Shown here: piece after piece, positions 34,662 to 46,684 of the stretch
Numbering within the stretch: position 1 is the first letter of the stretch
Layout of the letters: each line of letters starts with the position of its first letter
Source of the DNA: Trypanosoma brucei
Taxonomy: Eukaryota
Direction: 5' to 3'
Assembly (NCBI GenBank): GCA_000002445.1
Contig: CH464491.1
Location: 2,144,001-2,208,000 of the forward strand
Length of the DNA: 64,000 nucleotides
The notes under the pieces: model-generated
What the model saw: only the letters and a program-made list of their open reading frames with translations
Told to the model about the DNA's origin: nothing
The model's database searches: none
Program-made: the position numbers and the translations under genes

Positions 34662-35906
34662 TCACGGGATAGTATCAGGATGTTCGCCCCTCGTTAGACG
34701 TATTAGCCTCTCCTTGGCACGCAGGACATCGGCTGAATATCCCATCTCCTTTGCTCTGGCCACCGTGTCCCACGCAACCTTGATTACCTCGTTGTTCCTG
34801 TCACCATGGGCACCCGAACCACGGACAGGACACGGTTTAGGCGCCCTGTCCTCCTCACTTCCTTGCCTTCGAACACAATAGAAGGCACCTTCAGCATCAA
34901 AAGTAGAGCGGTTCACATCCTCATGGACCCGGAGTGACCGCCGAAGTCGGCGGTAAACGTTTGGTTTGGGAAACAAAGAATCAGAACCGCCGACCGACTT
35001 TCGAACATTCAAAATTTCTGGAGACGGGACTTCTTCGCTATCCCCTTCCCCCGTGTCACCTCGCAGTTTCGGAGGAGTCGTAAATGTGCGATCGTCATCG
35101 TCGGGAAAATATTTTGCGGTCCAGTCCACGAGAGAAGGGTCAAGTGTTTCCTTATTTTCCAGGGCGCGCTGCCGCAGAAACGGGAACGCAGAGTACGAAG
35201 AGGTTCGTTCCTCTTTGTGTGTCAAGTCCATCATCGCCGGTGTGTTTTCCAGATTTGCCCACTCACCCTGGAGACGCCGTTTCTGGGCGGCATCTTCCTG
35301 TGACGCGACATTAACCCCGCAACGCTCCCCACATTCGCCGGTGTGCCTATCTTCTTCATGAAGCGTCGCCGCGCGCTCGGAGCACACTGTCTCTTGGCAC
35401 CATCTGGATTTTTTGCTCCCTTTATCTGACTCCTTCAAAGCGGTCATGATGTGAGTTCGCAGATGTTTGGGTGAGGAAAATGCTGCAGCAGCAACAAACG
35501 AACGATACTCTGCATCCATCTGTTCACAGAGACGCATATACTTTCTGGCGTTGCGGGTTTCAAGCATGGCAGCCCCAGTGGTATCTTTAAGATAGTCTTG
35601 AAGCAAAGAGGACAACTTTTCCCGCATCGCCCTATCCTTAATATTTTGCCAATTCTCCTTTCGGCCATATAGTCGCTCGGCATCATCCATGTACGTCCGC
35701 CTCCGGTCCTGCAACCACGGGACGGTTGGAAGGGGTCGTAGCTTAGAAAACCGCATGTCTCGGTGGAAATTCCCCTTCTCTCGCACTGTCTGGGGATTAG
35801 AAGACCGGCGCTTGTATGGCCGCTTGGCATCTACTTTCCAGTGCCGCTGCGTGTGGACAAAGGCAGGCTGCCACCTAGGGATGGTTTTAACACATTGCCG
35901 TATCAT
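34662..35906 (-). CDS. Hypothetical protein (414 aa)
   Basis: Long uninterrupted ORF on the PTU strand with charged, non-repetitive composition and no recognised motif. Confidence 0.5.
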   Translation of the reverse strand: MIRQCVKTIPRWQPAFVHTQRHWKVDAKRPYKRRSSNPQTVREKGNFHRDMRFSKLRPLPTVPWLQDRRRTYMDDAERLYGRKENWQNIKDRAMREKLSSLLQDYLKDTTGAAMLETRNARKYMRLCEQMDAEYRSFVAAAAFSSPKHLRTHIMTALKESDKGSKKSRWCQETVCSERAATLHEEDRHTGECGERCGVNVASQEDAAQKRRLQGEWANLENTPAMMDLTHKEERTSSYSAFPFLRQRALENKETLDPSLVDWTAKYFPDDDDRTFTTPPKLRGDTGEGDSEEVPSPEILNVRKSVGGSDSLFPKPNVYRRLRRSLRVHEDVNRSTFDAEGAFYCVRRQGSEEDRAPKPCPVRGSGAHGDRNNEVIKVAWDTVARAKEMGYSADVLRAKERLIRLTRGEHPDTIP

Positions 35907-36153
35907 CTAGAGCGAGGCGACATGAAAAAGAAAGATGAAGGAAAGACGTAGCCCGAAGTAGCGAGGCGCTCAAGTAAATGCATGTGAATCCGGCTGCCAC
36001 CGATCAGTGGGAAGGGGGACCTACGTCTTCAGCAATACTTGCCGAAAAGAAAGAGAATAAATACCCACACGTTGCTTTCTTAGCAGTTAATTTCATTTAC
36101 GACAACCAACCAACGGGAAATACGTCCAAGGGTTGACTCGGCTGTTTTCCGCA

Positions 36154-36603
36154 CTAACTTCCGGGGCGTTTCATCAAGATATAGACGTCGCTATTATAAT
36201 GAACGTCTTTAAGACTCTGGGGTTTTCCGACAATCTGCGTTAGCAGTCCGCCGCAACTGATATGAACCGTCACGTCCAAGCTACTTTCGTTAACTTCCAT
36301 GCTGTACACGCGGCCGTGCATGGCATAATCACAATCGTCTAGGCGCGTGGAGCGATGGTATACACTCTGGTCGTAGTGCTTAGAGCCTGCTTGTTCAGAC
36401 AGCTCGATGGAATCTGTCAAAATTATGGTCAACCGGTCGCCGGAGTGAAGTGGAAATTCTCCCGTGTTAACGTCGGATGTAATAATAAGACCTCCTCCCT
36501 CACCTGTACACCGAACTCGTGACACTCGGGAGTAAACCGTACCCTCCTCGTTCACAGCTGCCACCGTGAAGGTGTCTTCCAATATTACTTTCGAGGAAGC
36601 CAT
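36154..36603 (-). CDS. RPB8: RNA polymerase I/II/III common subunit RPB8 (ABC14.5)
   Basis: 149 aa from the Met at 36603. The OB-fold pattern DTFTV...VSRVRC...ITSDVN...FPLHSGDRLTIILT...DDCDYAMHGRVY...HISCGGLLTQIVG...YILMKR is collinear with yeast and human Rpb8 (DYVMYG...SFGGLLM...YLLIRR). Confidence 0.8.
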   Translation of the reverse strand: MASSKVILEDTFTVAAVNEEGTVYSRVSRVRCTGEGGGLIITSDVNTGEFPLHSGDRLTIILTDSIELSEQAGSKHYDQSVYHRSTRLDDCDYAMHGRVYSMEVNESSLDVTVHISCGGLLTQIVGKPQSLKDVHYNSDVYILMKRPGS

Positions 36604-36823
36604 CACACTTTGCAACACAAGGGGCACATGTTATACATAAGCGAAGATGAAAAAGAAAGTATGAGGGAATATAGGGGGTCAGCTTCGCCAACACCCATGG
36701 TGCCACGTTGATCATTTACAGTGGTTTGTGGAAGGCAGAGAGGGTTGTCCAAACACGCTGTATACGCCAACTCTACATTACAAAAGGAGAAGAACGACAG
36801 TAAATGCAAAGGTGACAAAAGTT

Positions 36824-37288
36824 TCAGCGAAAAATCTCTGGGGTCATCTTATACACAACATCAGAGAGAATGAAGTTTCCTTCCATATCCATCTCCGACC
36901 GCATCTCCTCAACAAAGGCGTTCATTTCATCCGTACTCAAGCGCTCACCCTGCGTTGTTAAAATGTAGCGAAGGTCATGCTGAGACATGTATCCCTTGCG
37001 TTCAGGGTCTATCCCCTTAAAAGCTTCTTTCAGATCACGCATCGTCCTCATATTTTCAAAAGCCATCTTCATCGCGCAGCAGAAGCCGTCAAACGACACT
37101 GACCCACGACCCTCGTAGTCTGCTTCAGCCTTCAAAGATTCAATGTCCGCTTCAAGTGGTGTACCACCACAGATTCTAACTAGAGATATGAGATCACTCA
37201 AAGGTATACGCCCAATCTTGTCATGATCGAAGGCATCAAAACGACGCTTCAAATACTCACGCGTCAAATCGTCAAATGCGCTGGACAT
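36824..37288 (-). CDS. EF-hand calcium-binding protein (calmodulin/myosin-light-chain-like, 154 aa)
   Basis: Four EF-loop-like segments: DHDKIGRIPLSDL, DYEGRGSVSFDGF, DPERKGYMSQHDL, DMEGNFILSDV. Confidence 0.7.
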   Translation of the reverse strand: MSSAFDDLTREYLKRRFDAFDHDKIGRIPLSDLISLVRICGGTPLEADIESLKAEADYEGRGSVSFDGFCCAMKMAFENMRTMRDLKEAFKGIDPERKGYMSQHDLRYILTTQGERLSTDEMNAFVEEMRSEMDMEGNFILSDVVYKMTPEIFR

Positions 37289-38420
37289 CCTTCTACAAAT
37301 AGCAAACTTGAGTCCTAGCCTAAAAGAAACATGGAGTAGCTATAACGAAAGCAGTGCGGGAGGCATCACTGTAACGAAAATCAGCAAATCCGAACTAGTA
37401 GAAAGTAATCATAGACCGCGCAAATCACGGATATGATCATTCGACCCAACTGCGCAGCCCGCTTCACCCCACTCCCCCCTCCCCACCTTGAATCGAACCC
37501 GACCAACATAGATGCGTACGGCGACACACCCTCTTCCATTTTCTTCACTGAAGAAATATAAACGCACATATTTCCATTTAAGCCAAAGCCATTTCAGAAT
37601 CGGAGCACTAAGAATTTCGGATGATTCAAGTGTGTTGTTGAGTCCACGCGCACCCTTTCACTACACAAAGCTTCCAAATCTGATCGGTGCACATGTCGAC
37701 CAGGCAAGTGTAACCCTTTTCCCCCACGAGCCCGGTGTCTGGAAAAGTTTTTAAAAAAATAAACAAATAAGCAGAAGCTATAACTTCCCTTCCCCCCCCC
37801 AATCAATCAAAATAATGATCGTTTCAAGATATAATGCCTTACATCGGCCTAGTCAAAATAAATCAACGACAGCTATCATGCTTGCACGGTCACGATTGCG
37901 AACCAGTGATGGCACAAAAGAAAACAAGTCGCACATTTAGAAAATAAATAATAAAACACCGCACAAGTGTTTGGACAAACTCACAACAGTAAATGTTTCC
38001 CTCACCCCCTCCCCTTGTGTCTCACCCAGACTGCCGAATGTATACCTTTTTTTTACCGGTTGCAATCCAGGGCCTTTGTGAGCGGTGCTATATCCCTCAC
38101 AGCTCGTACCACCAAGTGGGGAGAAGAGCATCAGTAGAGCCTCCTGGACAGGAAAACATTTGTGCCCAACTATAACACATTTTTCAGCGTCGTATCATAA
38201 AGGAAAAAAAGAGCACCAGTGAGCTTCAGTAAATCAAAGTGGATCATACAAATAATATTTATAAGAACCCCTACAACACCGAGGTACGTCATGAGTCTGT
38301 GCGGTTGATTCATCACAGCGAATCTTAAACAACCCTTGGATGCTTCTTTTTTTTTTTAAATGAAGTACTGAAAAATGCACAACAATTGAGTTATGTGAAA
38401 ATGAAGGGACCCTGTCTCTT

Positions 38421-40277
38421 TCATTCACCGGAACAGGAGATGTCACTAGACACTACCACAGCTCCATTATCTATCATTGAGCTCAACTCTTGCAGTATCC
38501 ATGGCAGGAAATCCACAACTTTGCCGTACTGCTCCATATAAACCCTATTAACAAGTTGTATCGAAGTTGCGATCTCCACCCAAGGTGCCTTCTCGTCAGC
38601 GATGGATTTGATTGTACCAATCTCGGCAACATTGAGGTAGGACTCCATCAAATACCGGTCAATTGCGTCGAAGAAGAGGCGAATACCTACGGCTCCACCG
38701 ACAACCTTACGCATCCACAGCAAGGCTATACCTTCATTTGGTTCTTCTGTATAAACAAACTTGTCTATCACAGCCAATAGTGTTGAACCGCCCAGCACCG
38801 CATTAAGCATTTCCAGCTCTACATCATCTTTCAGATGACCCACTTGGGAAACCATGCACGAGAATATATCTACAGCTATAGCACATCCGTCTGCGGTTGC
38901 ATTGCAGGTCAACTCCGAGATTTTATACTCGGATGGGGGAGAAATTCTGCTTGAAGTCACCTGAAGCAAATATAGTCCCTCCTCATTCATAAGCTCCCCG
39001 CTATATCTGAGCTGGACAAATCCTACGGCATAAGGAGCCAAAAATGGTAAAAACGTAAAACTCAACCTCATTCCCTCAGGACACCCTCTAGCAATTTCAT
39101 CCTCGGAGTCTGCCCAATAAGGCACGCCCCTCGGGTTGTTGATCATATGTGTGGTATGCACTGTCTCTAGCAAAGAAGAAAATGCCTTCGCGACATCAGA
39201 GAGGCACTTTCCGGCTCCAGAGCAGCCGATCGCTTTAACCATCTCAAAATAGAAACAATCATCAAAGGGGTCTCCAAATTCCTCAGTAATATCATTAATG
39301 AAATTCGGCATATGCTGGAAAATGCTTTTCACAATATCGGAGACGTTGCTGAAAAATGAAGGAACGTCCACGTATACTTCCTCAACAATGCATTGGTTAA
39401 TATGGGCGGCAATCATCAGTACCGCGGAACCAACGCCGGGGGTGATACTTAACACGGATGATATAACGTACCCAAAATTCTTCCTATCTTCTATGAAGCG
39501 TCTCTCTCGAAGCAGCAACCGAAGCTGCCTCTCAATAAAATGGTTGAGCTCAGTTCCCCCACGTACCTCACTAGCTGCCAGAGTGGCTGAGAGCATGTCC
39601 GATATCCTGTAATAAGCACCCTCCTCCCATCTCATTAGTTGCTTCTGAAAACCTGGGTTAGGACTCACAATCGGCCGGCTTTTTCTCATGATAGAGACAG
39701 ACTCATCCTTGGAATACCTTCCTCGCTTCATCATGTAAGCTGCCACCACAGCAGCTGAGCGACTAACTCCCATCAGGCAGTGCACTACGACTGTGTGCTG
39801 GCGGGCCAATTCAACCTCTGTATCCCTTCTGTGCATCATAACCAGCTCAATAAGCGCACACATTTCAGGGAAATGTCTACTTATGTCGTACGTTGGGCAG
39901 TCTTCAGCAGGAACAGACCGGATGAAAACCTTGCGTTGCAGAGGGTCTTCCGGCACGCTTGTCGAGGCATATTCTTCCAAAAGGGATGCAAACACGTTAA
40001 AAGAACATATTTTCTTGTAAACATATCGTTGGTCCTCCGCCAAATACTCATAAATCCGATAGGGCGCCACGTGTTCTCCACCGTTCAGCGTTAAAATAAG
40101 AGAAATACTTTCCTCTATTGACCTAGCCCGGTTACATACCCTTTCCTCAGAAGTAAGGTAGAGACCCGGTAATATTTCGCTTAACTCGGCATAAGGATTA
40201 GCGCTATCAGTTACCTCTAGCGAATCCTTTGGGAGTAACTTCCTTGGAACGGTCCAGTCGATCTTTTCAAGGGCCAT
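38421..40277 (-). CDS. Dual-specificity protein phosphatase with a ~400-aa C-terminal extension
   Basis: Active-site P-loop VVVHCLMGVSRSAAVVAAYMM, i.e. HCxxGxxRS. The 618-aa ORF has a catalytic domain in the first ~200 aa and a long non-repetitive tail. Confidence 0.8.
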   Translation of the reverse strand: MALEKIDWTVPRKLLPKDSLEVTDSANPYAELSEILPGLYLTSEERVCNRARSIEESISLILTLNGGEHVAPYRIYEYLAEDQRYVYKKICSFNVFASLLEEYASTSVPEDPLQRKVFIRSVPAEDCPTYDISRHFPEMCALIELVMMHRRDTEVELARQHTVVVHCLMGVSRSAAVVAAYMMKRGRYSKDESVSIMRKSRPIVSPNPGFQKQLMRWEEGAYYRISDMLSATLAASEVRGGTELNHFIERQLRLLLRERRFIEDRKNFGYVISSVLSITPGVGSAVLMIAAHINQCIVEEVYVDVPSFFSNVSDIVKSIFQHMPNFINDITEEFGDPFDDCFYFEMVKAIGCSGAGKCLSDVAKAFSSLLETVHTTHMINNPRGVPYWADSEDEIARGCPEGMRLSFTFLPFLAPYAVGFVQLRYSGELMNEEGLYLLQVTSSRISPPSEYKISELTCNATADGCAIAVDIFSCMVSQVGHLKDDVELEMLNAVLGGSTLLAVIDKFVYTEEPNEGIALLWMRKVVGGAVGIRLFFDAIDRYLMESYLNVAEIGTIKSIADEKAPWVEIATSIQLVNRVYMEQYGKVVDFLPWILQELSSMIDNGAVVVSSDISCSGE

Positions 40278-40546
40278 ATCTCATCCTAGATAAAAAATGT
40301 CGCGCACAACAATAAATGAGATATGAAAAGGGGAAAACAAATCAAAGTGCACCACTATAACCAAAATAATTTTAAAAGGGGAACACACATTTCTCCAAAG
40401 TGGCGAAGCGGGGGGAAGTCTTTTTTCTTTTTAATGAAAAGATGGCCCTCGGGCGAGCACCGCCGTCCACCGTTGTCCAAATAAAGCTAAAAACAGCTTT
40501 AAGGCGGCACTAGATACTTTGTCACCCAATGCCACGTCCATATGTA

Positions 40547-42130
40547 CTACTGATGATTGTCGCATTTTATCCAGCCAAGAACATCCTTGGCTACATTCGA
40601 TACGACACGCTGCTCTTCGGTGTGTCTGGCTGCTCGCGCGCCAAACCTCTCCATTGACTTTCGGCGCTCATGAAAGGCCACCTTTTTTAATAGGTGTCGC
40701 GCCTCCAGTTGGTCAGATGAATACGTTGTTGAAGCAATTCCTCTGGAAGCCAATGTTCGACTTCTCCTAACAGGTCGCGGTGGAGACTTTGTGATAATGT
40801 TGACTGTGAAATCGGGGTCACCTCGTTCCTGAAGCAGAGTCGCCAAAGCAGCTGAGTGAGCGCTCCTAACGTATTCTGTAGCTTCGCTGTCAAGATTCCT
40901 CCCAATGTTATCAAGCCCGTAGGGATCCTTTATCGCAAATTCAAAAAATGGTGGTCTACCCGTCTCCGTTCCGGGAGACTTCTCCCAACGCATCGTCTTC
41001 TTTAGAAGGTTGATATTTGTCGTACAAACAACATTTTTCCCATAGTCAAAAACAGCGCCATAGTACTCAAAAAAAGCAGCTGTCAGAAACCCCAGTTCTG
41101 CTAAATCACAGTCCTCACCATCGTGAAGCGGCCGATAATCCGGAAAGGGCGGAAGAAGTTGTGGTTCATCCGCGGATCGAAGCGTTGACACTTTTGGAAT
41201 AACCCCCACTTTGATCAAGAAGTGAGCACACATGACGGTCAGGGCGTAACTCGCCAGAAGACCATCGATAGAATTTATAACTCCGCTCGATCTTCCCCAT
41301 CTCTTAATCAAAAGTAGTAGATGCCTTGAAAAAACATACTTAGAGAGCGCATCGCTCAACAAATACGAATTCCGCAATCCGACAGAAGAAAAACAAAAAT
41401 CGAAGGAAAGTCGGTAGAGCTCCGGTCCATTCCGAGGATCCACTGGAAGACGCAAAGGGATGTCAACACCTTCATGCCGTTTCACCTCCGTTAACGCAGC
41501 AACAAGTGCCGAACTCGAACTGAATTCAACCGTTGAGAACTGCTGATTGTTACTCCACTCTGTGTTCACCGCCCCAAAATTTTCTTCCATCCTCGATTTA
41601 AACGAAGTGCATTCATTGTTATTCATTTGTCGTGTAAACTGAAAAATACCGCACGTGGATAGGTGGTGAAGAGGTGTTCCTGGTAAGGACTTGCTAACCC
41701 TATCCACCTTTATCACTGGAACACGAGCCTTTGGCAGCGCGCTACTTTTCAAACCCAGACGTCTCATTTCCCTCGACAAACGTGAAACAATTTCACCTGC
41801 CTCAGCGACGCCGGGTTCAACATCTGCTACCCCGACGAAATCAGCATCGCCTCCAACTTCTAGTAAACCCATAACCACAATGCCTCCAAACGCAAAGACG
41901 CTCGCATCGTAGCCTGTCGACTGAACAAGCGTTTCTAATTGCTGCCTTGCCGTACTACATTCATCAAACGCAGATCTTCCAGTGTCCGAGGCCAATGCCA
42001 TCCTTACAACAGACTTCCCCAACCCCTCCCACTGGCTGTCGCTTTTAGGTGGAAGGGATGACTTCCAGGGCAACGTGATGCATCTCTTCACTCCCGTATT
42101 CCCTGACCGAAAAGCTGAAAACTTTCTCAT
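40547..42130 (-). CDS. Cid1/TUTase-family nucleotidyltransferase (non-canonical poly(A) polymerase / terminal uridylyltransferase-like)
   Basis: FGGIVVMGLLEVGGDADFV fits the [GS]S..GL...SD.D nucleotidyltransferase signature. A PAP-associated-like region follows (LLLLIKRWGRSSGV...LLASYALTVMCAHFLI). Confidence 0.75.
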   Translation of the reverse strand: MRKFSAFRSGNTGVKRCITLPWKSSLPPKSDSQWEGLGKSVVRMALASDTGRSAFDECSTARQQLETLVQSTGYDASVFAFGGIVVMGLLEVGGDADFVGVADVEPGVAEAGEIVSRLSREMRRLGLKSSALPKARVPVIKVDRVSKSLPGTPLHHLSTCGIFQFTRQMNNNECTSFKSRMEENFGAVNTEWSNNQQFSTVEFSSSSALVAALTEVKRHEGVDIPLRLPVDPRNGPELYRLSFDFCFSSVGLRNSYLLSDALSKYVFSRHLLLLIKRWGRSSGVINSIDGLLASYALTVMCAHFLIKVGVIPKVSTLRSADEPQLLPPFPDYRPLHDGEDCDLAELGFLTAAFFEYYGAVFDYGKNVVCTTNINLLKKTMRWEKSPGTETGRPPFFEFAIKDPYGLDNIGRNLDSEATEYVRSAHSAALATLLQERGDPDFTVNIITKSPPRPVRRSRTLASRGIASTTYSSDQLEARHLLKKVAFHERRKSMERFGARAARHTEEQRVVSNVAKDVLGWIKCDNHQ

Positions 42131-42332
42131 TTTATCCTATTTATACGCCCCGAAAAAAAAAAAAGAGGAAGAAACGTTTTCCCTCCACATAAAATGAGTA
42201 TAACTGAGTTTTCACAAATATATCAAAAGGTAGCCACGCAGAACAAAACAATGTTTGTATGAAAAATAGGCATTTTTGACCTTTTGCATTGCATTAACAG
42301 TAGAGAGGAATTTAACATCTATCCAGCGGTCT

Positions 42333-43289
42333 TCAGTTTTCCGATATTTGTTCAATGTGCCGAACAAGCTGTCCATACCCTCCACCGTACATAGCAGTCA
42401 GTGGTTGAGAAAAAGTTAGTGGACAAAAAATACCTGAGGCAACTGTAGTGTAAAAGTTGCTAGCAGTCCCCTCTCGCGTTTCACTGGAAAAGATTTTTTC
42501 CAGAAAATCACGTCTTCTCGCTGCTAAAAACGAAGAGTTCACAACTGTTGTTACGTTTTCTGAGGTGACATCATGCAAACCGATAGTTTCCATCAAAGAA
42601 AACTGTATGAAGTCTGTGTTAACCTTTGCCTCAATGGATGAATGCGCTGCCATTACTCTTTTAGCAGGTTCAACAGAAATGGGGTGCTCCATTTGCTCCT
42701 TCAAATCTGAGGTCTGATGTGAGGCTGGCAAAACACCAAAGTGCCCACCAGCCTTAATATAATCCACAAAGGGTGCCGCACCATCCTCAAGGAAAGATAT
42801 CAGCTGCGAGACGTAAAACCGCCTTTTAGATGATGTGGCCCCTCTCTCCCCTATTGATAGGTTCTCCACTTTGCAGTTCTCCAAAATGAATCTCCTAAGC
42901 CTCCGGCAGAAGCCACTCCGCCACCGCATTCGGATCAAGTAACCTCCTACCACAGCTTTAAACTTTTCAAAAAAAATACCCACATCTTCTTCCGTTAGAA
43001 TTTCTTCGACATCATTTCCCGAGGAACCAAAACCACTGTGGAGATCGCAGCCATCGCATTTAGGCAAACTGCTCCGATGTTGTGCCCCATTGCACCCGGT
43101 CGCCGTTACTGAGACTTCGTTGCTGAAATCAACATCTTCTGAGAAGTCAGCATCGCGACACAAGGTTAACGACTCGCTTCGAATGACGCGATCCATGTCC
43201 CTCTCCCTCACCTCTGTAACGCCATCAGCCGAAGATTTTGCATCACAGGCGTGAAATCCAATCTGTTTATAAAACAATCCAGCAAGCAT
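42333..43289 (-). CDS. Hypothetical protein (318 aa); first gene of the minus-strand PTU
   Basis: Complete ORF with non-repetitive composition. Nothing coding lies upstream of it in the strand-switch region. Confidence 0.5.
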   Translation of the reverse strand: MLAGLFYKQIGFHACDAKSSADGVTEVRERDMDRVIRSESLTLCRDADFSEDVDFSNEVSVTATGCNGAQHRSSLPKCDGCDLHSGFGSSGNDVEEILTEEDVGIFFEKFKAVVGGYLIRMRWRSGFCRRLRRFILENCKVENLSIGERGATSSKRRFYVSQLISFLEDGAAPFVDYIKAGGHFGVLPASHQTSDLKEQMEHPISVEPAKRVMAAHSSIEAKVNTDFIQFSLMETIGLHDVTSENVTTVVNSSFLAARRRDFLEKIFSSETREGTASNFYTTVASGIFCPLTFSQPLTAMYGGGYGQLVRHIEQISEN

Positions 43290-43589
43290 ACCCTGAATAC
43301 GAAGTTATAGCACCGTACCGTGTGCAAACCACTCGCTTAAATATTAATAACTTGGTTGTCTCAAAGGTTAGGAAATACAAGGCAACCAAAAAAGGGATGG
43401 TTATGCAAAGGGGATGGCAAGTTAGTTTGCAACGCGCCAACTTTGACATAGAGGTGAGAACAGATGAATATCACCGCAGGAACATGTGGACACACGCCCA
43501 TCCTTGCCTATGTTGCAGAAATGCCCAGTAACCCGGAAGCTCGAGGGGGCAAAAAACTATCGATTGCACCGCCGAATATATAATCCGTA

Positions 43590-44300
43590 TCGCATCTATA
43601 CCACTTCCGCAAGACAAAGGGCCACCTTCACCACAAACCTTTTAAAAAAATATACACCGTCGTCCAACCAACACAAGACAAAAGCGCCACACACCTCCCA
43701 AGCTCCGGCGTTGGTACTCAATTGCGCAAGTTCGTCGCGAAAACGGAACTGAAAGACCTGCGCTAAACTACAAACACGAACGGGTAATGGAAAAGAACCA
43801 CTGATCGACGTTTCGTGGCGGCTCCGCCTCCTCACCACCCCTCTCTGTTTTTCCTCCTCCATTCAATAGAGGCACTCCACCTCAACAAAATATACGAAAA
43901 AGAAAAAGGTGCAATCAGAGAGTTTGGTTGAAACGTGCTGCTCACGTATCACCCTCCGAAGCGAAAGCATGTCCAGTAGAACTAACATGGACAGGCATTC
44001 ACACATACTCCACTAAAAATAGAAGTCAGAGGGGGCAGTTGCCCACGCACGACGGCCACCACCCACCACAGCAGCGGTAAACAGGGAGACTCTACGAAGG
44101 GCAAATACAGTGCCACATCACCGCCCCCATGGGTGTTCCCCCCGCCCCTGACGAGACGGAAACATCATTTCTGTGACGCCGCCAACCGGCTCGCATAGAA
44201 AGGAACAGAGGAACAAGGCCCTCCTTCGAGCATTGGCACAGCGGTGACACCTGACATCAGACAACCAGAGCAACCAGGTGCGGCAACAGTCGAGCACCAC
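43590..44300 (-). promoter_or_regulatory. AC-rich tract on the top strand (GT-rich on the minus strand) with C-runs at 44121-44149; candidate GT-rich promoter for the minus-strand PTU
   Basis: ccaccacccaccacagcagc, cgtccaaccaacacaagacaaaagcgccacacacctccc, ccgcccccatgggtgttccccccgcccc. Lies just upstream of the first minus-strand gene. Confidence 0.45.
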
Positions 44301-46684
44301 AGGAAGGTGCCTACTTTAAGCACTGCCTAATGCCAGCGAAAGTGCACACTTTTATGCTCTGTTGACGGGGTTATCTTGCCCCTCAGCGGGGATACCAAGC
44401 AGAACCCAGTTCCCGCTCCCATCATCGGAGCTTAACGAAACGGAGGGACACCTCTCAGGCGGAAACGTGTGATCCTCCCGGCAATGCTCTGCGAGGGCGC
44501 GCTGGACCTTTCCGTCACGCAGGAGGTGATCGCAAAGATTATGGGAACCGCGCCATTCACCTCCTATGGTTGCAAACACACGGGGCTTGCCCATTTTAGA
44601 GATAAAAGCACCAGGGCGTCAACACACGTTCGTTTTGGAGTGGTGTAGCTACGAGTCTGAGAACAAACACAGATTTGGGAAGCGTCACTGTTGCAATGGT
44701 GCCTGAAAGTAGTGAACAGCATGCTGTGACATATTTCCCTTTCCCCGACAACTCTAACGTGAGCACGGGAAGGTCGGAGTTACTGGGAGAAATAAAGGTC
44801 CACGGCTATTTTGAGCGGATTCGAATTGTCGCCCTGCTGCCGGAACTCGCGCGCCCCAAAGGAAGAGAGTGAGAGAAGCTGATATTAAATTTGGCAACTG
44901 GAGAAGAGTTTAATGGTCACCGGCAGTGAAGACCTAATGTGACACACAACACTGGGAGACAGGCTGTTTCACACAAACGTTACCTATTTCTGGCGTTGTG
45001 AGGTGATCGTTCAGAATGTGGTGCGGAACCGTAACAGCTACCACAGTTGGATCACCTCCAATGTAGCAGTGGGGCGCGATATGAAAAGGATAATGTACTT
45101 CAAAACTCCACAACCTTTTACTTCCTCAGAAAAGGGGGCTGGTTGGCCCAAATTACTGAAAGGAACGCGCAATTAAGCCCCGTAAATAGGGGAAAGGTGG
45201 AGTGGACGGCACTTGAAGACTCCAACGAGGGCATTACATCTGTTGTTCGCCCGTTGACATCAAATACAATCCCTAATAGGGGCGACATGCTGCCACAACA
45301 ATGGGTGCCGGAACAGAGAGTCCGTGAAAGTAAGGCAAATCAACGCAGGAGCCTAGCGAAAAGACTAGCCTTCATTAGGTTGGGAAAAAATGTTTTGAAC
45401 CCTAGCGATGCCGGCCACATCAACGTGGTGTCAGGGTCCAGTACCCCGTATCATCGGGGGAAGCCAAGAGCTAGCAGCGTTCCTCTCATGGGGAACACTG
45501 CTGTGCTCCGGCTACGGCATCATACAGCACAGGGATCAGCAGCGTCTTGCTGGGACACCGTTTTTCATTTGTCGGTCCCTGGGCACGTGGCTAGCGTGCC
45601 ATCAGCAGTATCATCCGCACTAAGATGCTGCTGTCCGGTGATGATGTTTCGAATGATGTATTTTTAGGGTGTCGAGGGGGAATGCTGCCAAATCATCCGT
45701 CACTGAAGGGCGAAACTGGATTTGACCGAGGGTGAGTCCACCGCCTGCTCGTCATCTATCATCGCTCAGGCAAGAAGTGAGTGCACGGTGACGAAAAAAT
45801 GATAGACACAAGTTGTATGTAGATACGTATACGTAGCATTCTACAAAGAATCCAACAATTCCACCAACGAATGTTGCCATCACTGAATACTGTCCGTTTA
45901 AGCCCATTTTCAACGCGGTTACAATAAAGAGTCCCTCGGAGAGGCGTTTGTTGTACTAGAGAAAGGGGGGGATGAAACTTCTAACATAAAGTTAGCCTCC
46001 CTACGTAAAACTGGCAGGGCTTTGATGTCCAAACGGAGATTCCTGTTGTCTCACCGTAGATCCACAATCAGGCGCCTCGTTGAGGTAGAGAAGCTGAGCA
46101 TGCACGCCCACTGGACCAGAATTGAGTCGAGTGGGAAAGGCTACAGCAGCATTCTCCCGCATGTAGCGTAGCAGATGCACTGCCAAACAAATATCATAGG
46201 ATGTCCACAGGTGCGTGCAAGTGCGCCGTTAGGAACATCAACCACATCAAAATGCACAGCAATGCCGGTGTCAAAGTGAGCCCGCATCTAGCCCAGGCAG
46301 CGCCAAGGAAAATACCGATGGGTTTACGAAGCCGAAGCATATTTTATTTGGCAGCACGTTAGCCCAGGGGAAGTGACCTTCCGTTTCCTCAGCCGTGCCA
46401 AGAATTTTCGCCTCGGAGTAAGTCAGTTCCATCTTCTTTCCCGCTCGCCCATTAGGGCTGGTCGTGGCTTTAAGGTGGAAGATGCATCTGTTCTCATTAT
46501 TAAGACTCTGTCTGAGTGGAGGCACGTGGCTCTAGCACTACTAGACACGAAATTGTTTGCACAGCAGTGCGTTCTGTAAGATTCAACAGCCAAGCAGTGA
46601 GTTCCATTTTCCTTCCTTGTGGAAAGAGGGGTTCATTATGGAATGTCCGGCCCATGTCATTGAGACATATTCTTCCGGACGCCT

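Noticed and set aside
44800-44860. ggattcgaattg, reminiscent of a tRNA T-loop (GGTTCGAATCC) on the minus strand
   Set aside because: The flanking bases cannot form a T-stem or acceptor stem and there is no A-box-like upstream element. I found no convincing tRNA anywhere in the strand-switch region.
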